A DNA stretch of 64,000 nucleotides, from positions 15,438,001-15,502,000 of the forward strand of contig OZ059899.1 of the NCBI GenBank assembly GCA_964057225.1, read 5' to 3'. Below the pieces are notes generated by a model, which did no database searches, had not been told where the DNA came from, and saw only the letters and a list, made by a program, of their open reading frames with translations. Position 1 is the first letter of the stretch. Each line of letters opens with the position of its first letter. This DNA is from Auanema rhodensis (lineage: Eukaryota; Animalia; Nematoda). A program made the translations under genes and the position numbers. Below are positions 13,656 to 26,639 of the stretch, one piece after another.

Positions 13656-15405
13656 ATGACAGAAGCTTTTGAGACTTCTTCTTTAAATAACTTCTTACCC
13701 GATTATTACAAAAACGTATTTCCCTTTAAACCATATACAAAATGGCTCTGCTATGGTAAAAGTATGTTTGCTCTTTCATTCATAAAGTTAATTCAATATT
13801 ATTCATCTAGAAGCTAGTGAATATTTCAATAGAAGAGAATTTGCATTTATTTTGGAAGGAGATGTTCATCTTCGTTACAGAAGTTTCCCAGATGCCCTAG
13901 ACTTTGAAAAAGATCTTTGCAAAGTTGCTCCACACAAATTAGATATTGGTGCTGTATATAATTATCCAGTGAGTTTTTATTCATAGCTAATGAAAATAAG
14001 TCTTCATATATAAAAAATAAAACTTCACATTTTAGCCAAAAGATAATCGTTCAGCAGCTGATTTTAAAGCTATAGAAAGAGAGCTTGTATTCGATATTGA
14101 TCTTACTGATTATGATGTTGTTAGAACTTGCTGTTCGTAAGTGTGGAAAGTACTACCATGCTGAAAATTAAGACTTTTAGGGAAGCTAAAGTGTGTTCTA
14201 AATGCTGGAAATTTGTAGTTGCTGCTGTAATCACCCTGGATAATGCCTTGAAAAGTATAATTCTTTCATGAATTGCTCATTACTTATAACATATATTCAG
14301 ATGATTTCGGCTTCATGGCTCGTTTATGGGTTTTCTCTGGAAGACGTGGAGTGCATTGCTGGATAGGAGATAAAAAGGCACGTGCTCTTTCTCATGCTGG
14401 AAGATCTGCTGTTGCAGAATACTTGTCATTCATTGTGGTATTTTTAATATTTCTTATAATCTTATGTTTTGTTCTTCTAAGGGAGATAAATTGGGATTCA
14501 ATGTTTCATCCAAAAGTCGAACGGGTCCTAAACCACTTCATCCTGTAGTTGAAAACGCTTATAGAACTTTAATGGACAATGGGGTTATGGATGAAATGGC
14601 ATGATTATATGTCTCCTACATCAAGAATGTCATCGTTTAGGTTCTCGAACAAGAATGGTTAGAAGGGGATGTTTCGAAGATACTCGCAAAGATTACTGAT
14701 CAAGAGCTTCAAGAACGTATTACTAGAGATTTTGAAGAGTCGGTTGAAGCTGAATAATGATGGCAATATCCAAATATATACAGGTTATCAGCTAAGCAAA
14801 GATGGAAATACTTAAAACTTCAATTTGATGAAATAACGAGAGAGAATGCTGTATCAGACGGTGATAGTGTTCCTGAGGTAATTTGATTCAAGTTACGTGA
14901 ATGATGAAAATTTGAAGGCTGCTCCTCAAAGCGATAGATATTTTCTTCATTGGTTTGTTATATGGCATGCTTACCCCAGACTTGATGTTAATGTATCAAC
15001 AGGTATGGACAAGTATCATTTATTTATTAATTTCTTTGATATGCAGGAGTTAATCACTTGTTGAAATCCCCATTTTGTATTCATCCTAAGACAGGAAATG
15101 TTGCTGTTCCTCTGGATGTTTCTAAGATATCTGAGTTTGATTTGACAAAATGCCCTAGAATAGAGTATGGTTTATGTTGTTCTATTCATTATATTGAATA
15201 TATTTTAGCCTTTTGATTAAAGAGCTAGCTGATAGTTTACAAGAAGATGAAATTAAAGAAAATAGAAAAGTACTAGGTATTTTAAAACTTTTTCTTCTAT
15301 CCTTACACATATATTTAAGGATATAAACATACATCCTTGGCACCATTTGTTGAAACTTTTGAAAAGTTTGTATCTTTAACTGCTGATACTAGTAATAGCC
15401 AATAA
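13656..15405 (+). CDS. pri-1: DNA primase small (catalytic) subunit
   Basis: Motifs [47 protein letters not shown] and [14 protein letters not shown] across multiple exons. Confidence 0.95.
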
Positions 15406-16089
15406 GTTATTGTATTTTTTGTACTCATAACAAGAATTCTGTGAATACGACATAAACTTTCAGAAAAAGTAGTTGATGAGTCTTTATGCATTTTAAACTT
15501 TTAACATTCAAAAAACTCACTCTTTATAGCACACCATAGAACATTTTGTGAAATTGAAACTGAGTTATGATTGGGTATCTGACAAGTTATTAGATTTTAT
15601 CACCAATATTTTTTCAAGTCTTTTTATTTCTCAAGTTCTCAATTTAAAGAGTAAGTTGTTAAACTTTCATGAAAGTTTTTTTGTAATATATGGCTAATCT
15701 GGAGGGAAATGACAATAGGAGCGTAATAGGATAGATGTTTCTTATTTCCGGCTTCATTTACAGTAAAATAATCTGTTAAATCTTTATCAGGGCCATACCT
15801 ACGATGATGTGCAAGGTTTTATCATATCACCAATCATTGCGAGAAATTCTACACAAAATAAAGTTCGTAGGTTTTTCGGTTTTCAGAAAAAATGTATATT
15901 TTTATTTTTAATGATAAGGCATTATATTTTATTTAAAGAAAAACTTGAATAGTTTGGGAGGCAGATCTGATTCAGGCGCACAGAACGGTTTGCGACGATG
16001 CCACGCACATGGCCGCCTGTAGACTATGACGCGACGATAGCAAAACGTTCAGACAGGCATATGAAGACGAGGAGTCTCACTGACTATAA

Positions 16090-16618
16090 CAGCTGTAGAG
16101 AAGAGCGAAGGTCGGCTGGCTGGGGACGCGTGGAGGTCAGAGGGCGATCAGACAACTAGCGGAATGTGGAGATAGCAGACACCGCCACGCACCAGATGAT
16201 GCGGCGCGGTCGAGCGCAACCAATTTTTGGGCCCAAAATCTCTCAGCCAGCTGGTTTTTACAAGCCAGCCTGAACATTGCCGACGACTATATCAGCTGTA
16301 TTCCTGGCTCTTCCCTTGCGATGGCTTGCTATCTCCATTCCATTACTTGACTCTGTATAGTACTCCGTGTCTAATTCACCGTTAGCACCTTTCACCTTTT
16401 TCGGTCGACGATTAGTACGAGCTGCTTGCCGACAAGCAAGTTGGTTGGTGTGAAAGAAAGTATATGCTTTCAACGAAACTTAAACTATACTATTTCCATT
16501 TAATTTATATTTTAAATATTCACCTAAACTATTCGAGATATTCATCCTGTTTCTAAAATAATGTTTTTCTTTAGTTTTGTTTAGTTTTTTGTGTGTGCCA
16601 CAACTGATCTCACAGCTG
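16090..16618. promoter_or_regulatory. GC-rich hlh-11 promoter with clustered CAGCTG E-boxes
   Basis: CAGCTG at 16090, 16248, 16293 and 16613. Confidence 0.5.
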
Positions 16619-16852
16619 TGCGATTGAGAGATTGATTTTGCTAATTTTCAAATGATCGCTGATTCTGACGTCTTTTAGAAAGCTTTCTTACGTTTTTTAT
16701 ACTTTCGTATCACGTTCATATTTAATCTGAACATGATTTTCAACATTTTCTTCATTCTTCTTCAAACCTTTCTCTTCATTGTTCTCGAAATTTAAATTCT
16801 GCCTGAAGGTAACCCCCGGCGGCTCGGTGGCCTTAGCTGAGAGAACGTAGAG

Positions 16853-19800
16853 ATGGTTAGATCGGAAAGTCCTGATGAGGAGATAGCAACTTCCACCGTG
16901 GGCAAGTATGAGGATGTGGATGAGGACGACGCATCTCCTACTCAATCACGATGGGCGTCAGCTCAGAATGGAAATGGCTTACCACAAAGGTTAGTGAATC
17001 ATAATTTTCTTTTGTTTTTATTACAAGTTCAATATGTTTTTCACGTGTTTCATATGTCTTAAAATTTTCCTTTTTTTCAATTTTGTTTGATTTGACACCA
17101 TATTTTGACTTGAATTTGGCTGAGTTCTCTCGTGCAATTAGAGTCTTGATCTGTCGTCTTTCTCATTCTTCCGGTTCTTCATGTCTCGTATTATACGGAA
17201 ATAAGAAATTCAAAAAGAATGTTCTCAACAATTTATTGAGAGAAAAAATGTCGTCGGTCTGAGGTGACCATTTATAACAATTTTGGATACAATATTCCGG
17301 AGAAGTTTTATGAGTAGCTATTTGTAAATATAGCAAAATGAACCTAACTTTGTCTGTATCTTTCATCTCTAGACTTCCGCTTGAAGATTAGTTTAATCGT
17401 TTCGTTTTTTCGCATAATCCAGGTCTCATTAAGCATTTCATAGTCGGGAATGGTTTGTACCAGGCTGTTCCTAGGCTTTGAAAGTCTTTTTTCTGATCTA
17501 TATGGTCCGTCTGATGCATAATAGTCTTGTGATATGTATATTCTACGTACATTGCTCCTAATTTACTATATGCTTTGTATATCAGATACAACAACCATAT
17601 ATACGCTCAGCTACGCGTGACCATTACCTTATCAGGCATCAAGTGTCTCCCACGATACCATGGTATTAATACCTGTTGCTTCCTCTTTGTCTTTTTATTT
17701 GTAGAATTGAGAGGGCTAAAGGCCATATAAGCATTGATAACGAAAGAGAAAACGAATACTGATAGTTATATTGCTTAGGTTACAGGTGGCATCACCCAAC
17801 ATGTATTAACGGCAAGTTTGATAACAGCACTCCACCACGATCAGCTCTCTTTCTCTCAAACCTCTTTTAGACACAGACATACACACAGAGTAACTTTATT
17901 CAAAGAGCTTCTTCATATCAGCTATATAGTTCAGTAAAAGAGAAAGAGAAAGAGGTAGCGTGCAGAGAAACAGTTCATCGTGTTTTCAAATGTTTCCACC
18001 TCTGATTTCCAAATTATCGTTTTTTACTATGGTCCGCTTCTTTACAACTGATTTGACACATAGATTCATGACTATCTTGACTGCGATAACGATTTTTCGT
18101 CTACATGCTGCGTATTGAAACAGCTGGATCGTAGATTCTGTGACTGCGACCATATTCAGCATTTTTCGTCAGCAGCATCGTTGTCTTATCGTCCTCGTCT
18201 GTAACGCGTAAATATCGTCACTGACAGCGTAATTTTGATTTCGAAGAATGTTCAAGGGGATTCCATGTAGAAGTAGTAGCGAAAACGACTGCACTTTTGA
18301 TAGTTTCAAGGCCAATCATATGTACGAAAACCGTTTCTTCCACTGAAACATCGTGTTGATTAGGGTTTGAGCTGATGTTCAGGGTGACAGAGTATGTGCC
18401 GAACATGGGAAGCTTGGTTGTATTCGGATTTGAACTGTGGCCTTCACCGAACTTCACCATTTTGAAACAGATATCGGTTGCTTATTCATTGTCTCTGATC
18501 TATGCCTACTCTTCCTCCCTCTGTTTTTTCATTTTTTGATGTGACACGTTAAGCTCCACCCGTCTCTCAGTTCTCTCGATCAGGTAATGCGTGATAATCT
18601 GCTGAACCTGTTCTTGATTTAGAACAATAATGGTCCCTTCTGAATCTAGAAACTTCGATTTATGACAGTTAAAAACTTGTGTCTAGATGGCATTTCGCTG
18701 ATGTCATAGTCGTAGACCCACGAATCTCAGTGATCGTAGTCGATGTCAAATTTGTCATCTGCTCGTTGGATTCTCATATGCGGTTTGTCGAGGTCCCAAA
18801 GGAAATGGAATGAATCGTGATTCTTGTGGTCCTCAGCAGAATGAACTTTGAGAGGAATGAGATTCACTTCTTCTGAGGAGAAATTGGAAAGTTTCTTGCC
18901 CATAAATTGTGAGGAAAAGCAGAGTGTGTGGGGAAGAAAATTTTTTACTTATTTTCTTGTGAAGCTGGAGTCCTGGGCAATCGGACTGTATAGATCGTTA
19001 TCAGCTGTTTATCAGTTCATGGGTTCATTTGTCGGTTGTCGATTAAACCAGAGTTTCTTTTCTCGAAATTTGCTTTTGTTCGTTATTCACTTCTTATGAT
19101 ACCTGATACTAGGGGGGGAGGGGGCTATCATCATCAACGTAGAAGTGTTTCAATAAACGTGGAATTCTCGTACTCATCGTTGAATTTTGAGAGAAACACG
19201 AGGTGACCTAATCGAATACATCTGTCATCAGAATCTGTAGATTATTCTGAACTTTGAATTCTACTATTAAATTCTCTTCAGAAGAAAAATGTTCTCTAAG
19301 CTGTCTATAACAATCAACACTTTATTAAGACTACTTGTTATTCAATTGAAAATGTTCGTTCATCTTGAAAGTACCACATCAGATGTTCCTTCGATTTTTG
19401 GTCATTAGGGCTGTTAGGAGTTGCCAGCTCTTACGAACTTTTTATCATTGTTTGCAAGGGTATACGCGCTTTTTGCTGCAGAATCATATGGTGCTTACTA
19501 AGTTGGTTCATTTTCTTGGTTACGTTTAACTTGGAATAGTAATTAAGTTTTGGCTTGTCTGCAGCTAGAAGAAAAGGCTGGATAATTAGAATATATCAAA
19601 GGGAAATGAAACTGCTGACAAGCCACAAGCCTACGACTGTCATGTCTTTTGTCACCAAATGTTGTTATCAAGAAAAAAAAGAATATGATGAAGTAAAGAA
19701 GAAGAGAGATAAAGAACAGATAGGGTACTTAACCGGAGTACACCATCGAGTTGTTAGTAGTATCAGCATGTTCATCAGAATGCGAGGTGGATCACCTTGC

Positions 19801-22132
19801 TTAATCTCTTCTCCTTTTAGTCTATTTCTCTCTACTATGTGCTACATCATCTTCATTCTCAGTGATGTCTGCAGCGAGGACGATAGTACGTCCCCGACAG
19901 CATCTTACAACTAGAAGAGATATGCGCATGCTACTGTTACTACTGAAAGCGGCAACGGACGACAGTACGTCCGTCTACGACCTCTCTTAGTTGAAATGTC
20001 TCTGGGTGTTTCGTTCTTCATCTACTGCTACTCGACACGTTCTGCGGTTGTATGAGTTGCTTCTCTTTTTTTCGTTTTTTTCTCTCTCCCCCCATTCTCT
20101 TAACGTTTGATGAAACGAAATGAAAAAAGAAGATGAGAAAGGGATAGAGAGTCAGAAGCGGCATTTGCCAGAAAACACACATACATACTCTTCTTCTTCT
20201 TCTTCTTCTTCGTCTTCGTTTATCAACATCATCCAACAGGGAATGTGCAACAAACGAAGAACATGATAGATTGATGTCAAAGTTCAGGCGAGGATATGGA
20301 GAAAAGTTGTGATAGAAGCGTAAAAGCGTAAGCTGGTACTCATAGCTGGAAACAAGTAGACAGGGATGGAATGCTGCTCTTTCTATTTCTCTAGTAATAC
20401 ATAGCTTACTATCACTTTCTTAAAAATTCTATAGTAGCGACCTTTCTTCTCGATGTTAGCTCTTACTGGTGGTTCTCTCCTTTTTTCGTGAAACTGTTGG
20501 ATTTTTTGTTGCAAACAGCCCTGTTGCATAGTCACAGCGGAACTAACAGCTGATCTTCACGACCGACGAACATGTGACTGTCATCCGAGGGCTAGTCGTC
20601 CGGAAGATGTGTAAAAACGAAAGAAATGAAAATTGGCTTGCCTGCAATCTTACTGACTTAAAAATTCCGGGATCTGACGCAATTTTTGCGCTCTAGCTGT
20701 TTCTTTCGTGAATGATGACCTGATTGTTCGTGTTTAATGTGATCCTTTTCTTAAACTGGAAGATATAGCAGCTGGAACATAGTGCTTCCGGAATATTGCA
20801 TGTTCCCGACCTTCCGTGTTTCTATGCAATCATGAACATTAATACATTCGCAACAAATTTGAGGGTATTTCTAATAGTAAAAAGTAGTAAACAGCACGAG
20901 GGATCAGATACAGCCTTCGAAAGTGATATGAGTACAGATACATCTCACATATAAACTAAATGATCCATTCATACTCTTTTCAGACCGCATTCCCGGAGCG
21001 CATCATCGGTTTCCCCGACCTCCGCTGACTCGGATCGACGGTTGCGACGTCAGATAGCCAATTGTAATGAACGGCGGCGAATGCAGTCCATCAATGCCGG
21101 CTTCCAATCATTACGATCACTGCTTCCACGAAAGGTAATTTCGATTTTTCACTTTTTCACTTGTCTTGCTGTTGGTTTGGAGACGTTAATCAAGAAAATC
21201 CTTTTAAGGAAGGAGAGAAGCTATCGAAGGCTGCCATCTTGCAGCAGACTGCTGATCTGATTCATCAGTTACAGGGAGATAGACAACGATTAATGGATCG
21301 CGAAGGTGCAGGGGGTAAGAAAGCTAAGCTAGACGGTAAGTACCACGATTCGAATGATCACCACGTCATTTTATCGCAAAACATTTTAAATATCTTATGA
21401 TGTTTAGATTTTTCGGATTTGGATCAACGATCACTGATTGATCGACTACAAATAGCTCTTGAACGGGAGCGTAGCAATAGAATTCTTTTGGAACAACAAA
21501 TAAATCAATTACGTGACCAAATGAGTTATAGCCAGGTAGTAGTTACACGATGGCAGAGAATGATAATACTTTGGCATATTTTCAGAATGCTATGAGTCCT
21601 TCGAGTCCTCAGAAGATTCTTCAGAACAATATAGGAAATATATGCCCACCTGCATCAATAGTTACGCAGAGTCAAGCTTCTGTTATCAGGCCAACACCTC
21701 TTCCACCGATATCTAGTACGTTTGCGACATTTATCTACTTTGTTGTAAAAGTAACAAATTATGTCTGTCCAATGCAACCGATGAACTCAAAACTGCGGCG
21801 CTAAATGAAATCTGCTCCAATGCTCCATCTCACGTAAATGTCACGTTTATGCTAATATTTCAGTTGATGTGTCTACTCGAGTTGGATCTGCCACACCATC
21901 CGTACCGTTGACTTCATCACCGTTACCAATCCCTCCAACTCTGAACCTGCCGTCACTGCCTCCGTCATCTCTTGCAGTCATTTCCAGCTCGCCTTCGGCG
22001 TTCACCACGTCCACCTTCTCGGCGCATCATTCGTTACAGACGATTCTTGATGCGATTCGTCATCTAGAAGGAGGAAACTTGGCAACTCACTCGCCTCCTC
22101 CGCCTTCATCACAGGCACCACTCGTTAGGTAA
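16853..22132 (+). CDS. hlh-11: bHLH transcription factor, AP-4/TFAP4 ortholog
   Basis: Exon 1 MVRSESPDEE..., ~4 kb intron, then RRQIANCNERRRMQSINAGFQSLRSLLPRK|EGEKLSKAAILQQTAD. C-terminal LQTILDAIRHLEG motif typical of AP-4. Long 3' UTR to AATAAA at ~23762. Confidence 0.93.
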
Positions 22133-25100
22133 CTATACACCAAAACATTCGCATATGGAGTCTGTACGAAGCCAGTACTATCAAGCTCATCGAAATAAAA
22201 AAAAATAATTAAAAACAAAGAAAAGAAGATCTTCTAGTTGTTTCTTTTGGATCATCGCTATTCACATTCGTACTTTATTCAAAATCAGTATGTCTCTCAT
22301 TTTATTTTGTCATCTTCATCCCGGCAATCTCTCCCTTTTCGGCCGATGTCGTACTTGGTCATATTGTGTCTTTGTGCGACCGGCTCGCACTTCAGCACTT
22401 CTTGAACTTCTGTTCTGATGCCCCAGTTTTCTCTCTAGCTATCCCGTCAGCCTTACCCCCACCTTACTTTGTCCCCGTGATAACTGCTCTTACTCTCATC
22501 TCTCCAATCACCTATCCCCGTTAAGCATTCAAACTAGAATTAGTCATCACATTTGCTTTTTAGATTGTTTTGAGCCATTATGTTATTTCTTCTTTCCGCT
22601 CCAGCTCGGTGTTTTTATCGAAACATTCTAATCTCAATTCTTCATTCGTTCCACATTTATCATAACCAATAACTTCACAAGTCCTTGTGTCGTCTGATTC
22701 ATACACATCCACACTGATTCTTCTTCATAAAATTGTGCTCGAATATTAGTAAACCTCATGATAGACGATATGCGTCATTCGTCCGATGACCGGTGCTGTT
22801 AACTGCTGCCAAAAATACGTTGTTTTGTTATTTTCTCACTATTAATCACATCTTGATATTCCATTAACTATTCGGTTTAGTATATATTTATCATTTTTGA
22901 TGGCTTTTCGTTGTTTTCCTTTGTTTTGTCTTCTTGACTTTAACGAGGTTTCTGTTTCAACGGACCAAAAAAGGAGCATTTACTCCTTCAAATGCGAGCA
23001 GGTTCTATTGATTCATGTTTTCCTTTTTCTCTTATCTGTAAGCTGTTGAATGCTAATTATGTCTAATCTGAATATCCTTTTTGATTTTCCTATTTTACAA
23101 GAAATTCTTGCAGAGTTTCTTCTATTCTTTCGCTGGCTAGCCCCCGTTCCCTCCACTTGTTTCATATTCATCCTTCCTCTTCTAAGCATGAGTGTTATCA
23201 TTCTTTCTAGTCTGCACATTAACTCTGTTTTTAGTATCTTAGCGTCCTCTACTTTTCTTCTCCCTCACCTTCATTATTCTTCGATCTATGGCTTATATTC
23301 ATGAGCAGCCCCCCCCCCCCTCCCCGCACCTTCCACCTCGCACACACACATCCAAATATCTCTTCTACCAACCATTTCTTCATGCAAATGTCTTTTTGAA
23401 ATATCCGCTTTGTCATTTTCTTCATAAGGATTTGACAATCAGAATTTCTTTATCAGATGAATCACTTGTTTGAACTCTTGATACTCGTTCATCTCAATGA
23501 CTCCATTATCATGAATGATATTCTCATTTTATGGACTTTCTGCTTGTCGTTGTGATTAACAGCGTCACACTTCCAGCCTTCCCAACTCCCTGTCTTTTCT
23601 CAATTTTCTTGAACATCGTCCTACACCACCCCCTCACCCTTCTACTTGTTTTTAGTTAAGCATACGTTGAACTTGAATGTTATCTCCCTACCTGAAGTTC
23701 TTTCATCTTCAAACTTTAGCACAAGTTTCTATTATCTATTATGAAATATACAATTTATCCGAATAAAAGATCAGTAAGTAAATTGTTATTGTTTCATTTC
23801 ATGGCAATAGCAACTTGTGCTGAACTTTTCGTTATTAGACCATTTTTGACAATAAATGTGCGTTGTTTTCTAGCATTATTCCTGTTATTTGTTTCGTTCA
23901 ACGTTGTTCAGCTTTAAGTTTCTTTAAATACAGCCCCTCACTTCCTTCCCTGTATTCCCGTTCACTATTTTTCTATGTATCTTTTGACTAGGTTCACCCA
24001 AAATGAAGACACCTTTCGAAGTAATGTCTTCAATCTCACATGTTGTTTTACTTTCATAAAACTTCACTCTGCAAACCTCACCTGTTAATAACTTTCATTC
24101 TGGGATTGGTTGCTTGTTGTTGTGACATTAGTATCATTTTCAAATCCAATATACAGTTCTATGGACTTATTCTTTGGTTATGAGATGAGATAAACCATAT
24201 GTGGAATGAGCACTGAACAAGTTCTACTGGTTCCGTCTTCCCAGAGTGCCAAATACTGTCCCCGGTTGTTCTACCCATCTTGTACGAGCTTGCCAACATA
24301 GGCTACTAGTCATTTTATTATAATTTTTGTTGTCCTCCGTGAGGCTACGGATGAGCTCATAATGCTGGTCCGGGTTGCAACTTGAACAGGCCGGTACTTT
24401 TTTGTAGTCTCTGTCTCAGGTCTGATTCTTACATGGTATCTTGTTTGTGTGTTAATAACTCTTGTCTTTCATAGATTTGAAATTAGCGTCTGATCAACTT
24501 TGAGGTTGCCAAGTTCATACTTCATCTTGATCCCTCCTTCCACACCTTTTCATTCTTTTTTGTCTTACACGAATTTCTCAACTCCTTCCCTGTATTGCAT
24601 ACCAATTTGGTTGTTCGAACTGTAAAGCTGTGCTTGGCAGGTTTGATTTCTTCAGTGAGGCTGTGGTCGTGCATCAACTGTTCAGTTTGCCTTTCCTTCA
24701 GAATTTTACGTTCAGACGTCCCCATTCTCCATTTCTCTATTTTCTTAGTTAAACAGTTGTCTCCTTCCTGGATTTAATATTCAGTGATAGCTGATTTTCA
24801 GCAGTCATTTGTCTTCGAACAGGCTTCTTCTGACTGTTCTCACCAGATGAAACAACTTTCTATCAATTTTTAGATCATTTTTATAATTGTTCTAATAGTA
24901 CTATCATCCAGAATCCAGAAGAAAAAAGAAAAGTAAAGCATTTGAAGAGAATTTAAACTTCTGGATGAGAGTAACTATTCATTATTCCTGGTCCCATATG
25001 CTAGTTGTCACATTTATTTTAGAAGTTTTATATTAAAGCTTATCTCCCCCATAGTATGGTAAGGAGGACACCAATTTTTTCTCTGTAATAAGCCTAATAA

Positions 25101-25779
25101 GTTTTTGTTTTCATTTCTTTTAGTTCATATTTCTAGTGCAAGTACGCAGAGTACGGTTAGTTATTTTTGATTACGGTAATAGTCCCATAGTTTAGTCGGT
25201 TTTTACTTTAAATGGAAAATAATTCAAAAATTCAAGGCTTCCTTTCGAATATGAATTAGCTTAAAACGTCTCTACGTCCACTATATAGCATAGCATCGCT
25301 TCTTCTATATCTTCTGTAGCTTGTGATAATCAAATAAAGAATTCATCTGATTTCTATCAGGCTCTGACCACATCCTTAATCAGAATCCTCGACCCTATGC
25401 CCCTGTACTCAAGCATCTCCTTTCCTCTGAATCATCTTCGTTCGCAATGTGGTGGAATTAAAAAAAAACATCTAAGTGTACGTGAACATTTCAAGTAAAA
25501 CATCCATGCCCCTTCCCTCTCTCTCTTTCTCCTCCCTCCTTTCCCTTTCCCCCTCTTATTGTTTTTTCTGTAGCTTAAATTTCACATTTATTACATGTTG
25601 TTGTTTTATTTTTTTGTCTTTTCAAATAAATGTTGATCATGACATTCTTCTATTCAACAAAAAAAAACATACACCACAAATGATTGTAAGCTTTAGACAC
25701 GAGCATTAATGTGTAAAATTACAATATCAGAAGATTTTCCATTTTTTAAAGTTTTTTTTTATTCTCTCAAACTAAATCG

Positions 25780-26620
25780 GCTATCGAACTGTAATATTTA
25801 GTGTCAAATATAAAAGGTGAGATAAGTATGACCACGATGTAAAACTAATGAGAAAATGATGAATAATGCTAGCTGCCAACATAGAAATGCCTCCGATGCC
25901 ATCATGTTCAGATAGCTTTCAAAAAACAAATCATATATCTTTAAAAGAATAATAAAATACATTCAAACAGCATATTTTACATCTAATAAGGAATAAATGG
26001 AATGCAACCGCTGCTATGTAAGTACGATGCAAAAATGAAAATGATTTCATGCAAGTAATGGTGATAACTTCAATATTCTTTAATATTATTAATGAATAAT
26101 AATAAATAAAATTTCTAATTAAATAATAAATTCAAATTATTCAGAAGTTCAATATCATTAGTTTGTGCCAGTTTGAGTTTGAAATTTGTTTTAACTCTCA
26201 AAGAAGCTATAGTATTTTATGAAATTAATTAATTATATATTTGAACCGAATTATTGATTATCAGTGGAGCGTGACTTTAAATTGTATTGTTCTTTGGTAT
26301 GGTTTTAAAGAAAAAATATGATTAACAATAATAAATTTAGTATTATCAAACTTAAATATATGAAATCAAACCCGTAGAAGTTGAAAAACAGATCAAAATT
26401 CAAAAATACTGTCAAATTAAGGAGATATAACGCCTTGAACATAGCCCTTATAGTGAGGCTATATTGCCTTAAGGTTTATATCATATATCCATTTTTTATT
26501 TTATCATATAGTTACCAATTATATATAAATGTGGTCAATAGCCGAAAGGATAAGATGACAGACTGATAACCAAACAGTCCAAGATCGAATCCCCTAGGAT
26601 ACTGAACAGAACATAAGGTA
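25780..26620 (-). pseudogene. Decayed serpentine chemoreceptor remnant(s)
   Basis: Minus-strand hydrophobic fragments broken by stops, including FIIVNHIFSLKPYQRTI (TM7-end KPYR-like). Followed by a diverged copy of the 3' flank of the receptor at 29353-30909. Confidence 0.4.
25990..26208. repeat. Diverged direct repeat, copy 1 (~220 bp; copy 2 at ~29085-29317)
   Basis: Shared blocks AATGCAACCGCT, GTAAG.ACGATGCAAAAATGAAAAT, TTCTAATTAAATAATAAATT, AGTTTGAAATTT and AAGAAGCT. Confidence 0.75.
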
Positions 26621-26639
26621 AGACAAAGATTATAGAATA

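Noticed and set aside
18218-18460. 80-aa antisense ORF in hlh-11 intron 1
   Set aside because: No motif or convincing splice context; length is within chance.
24000-24860. Coding-like minus-strand stretch (ORF 24522-24725), possible transposon relic
   Set aside because: Multiple stops and no recognisable RT, integrase or transposase motif.
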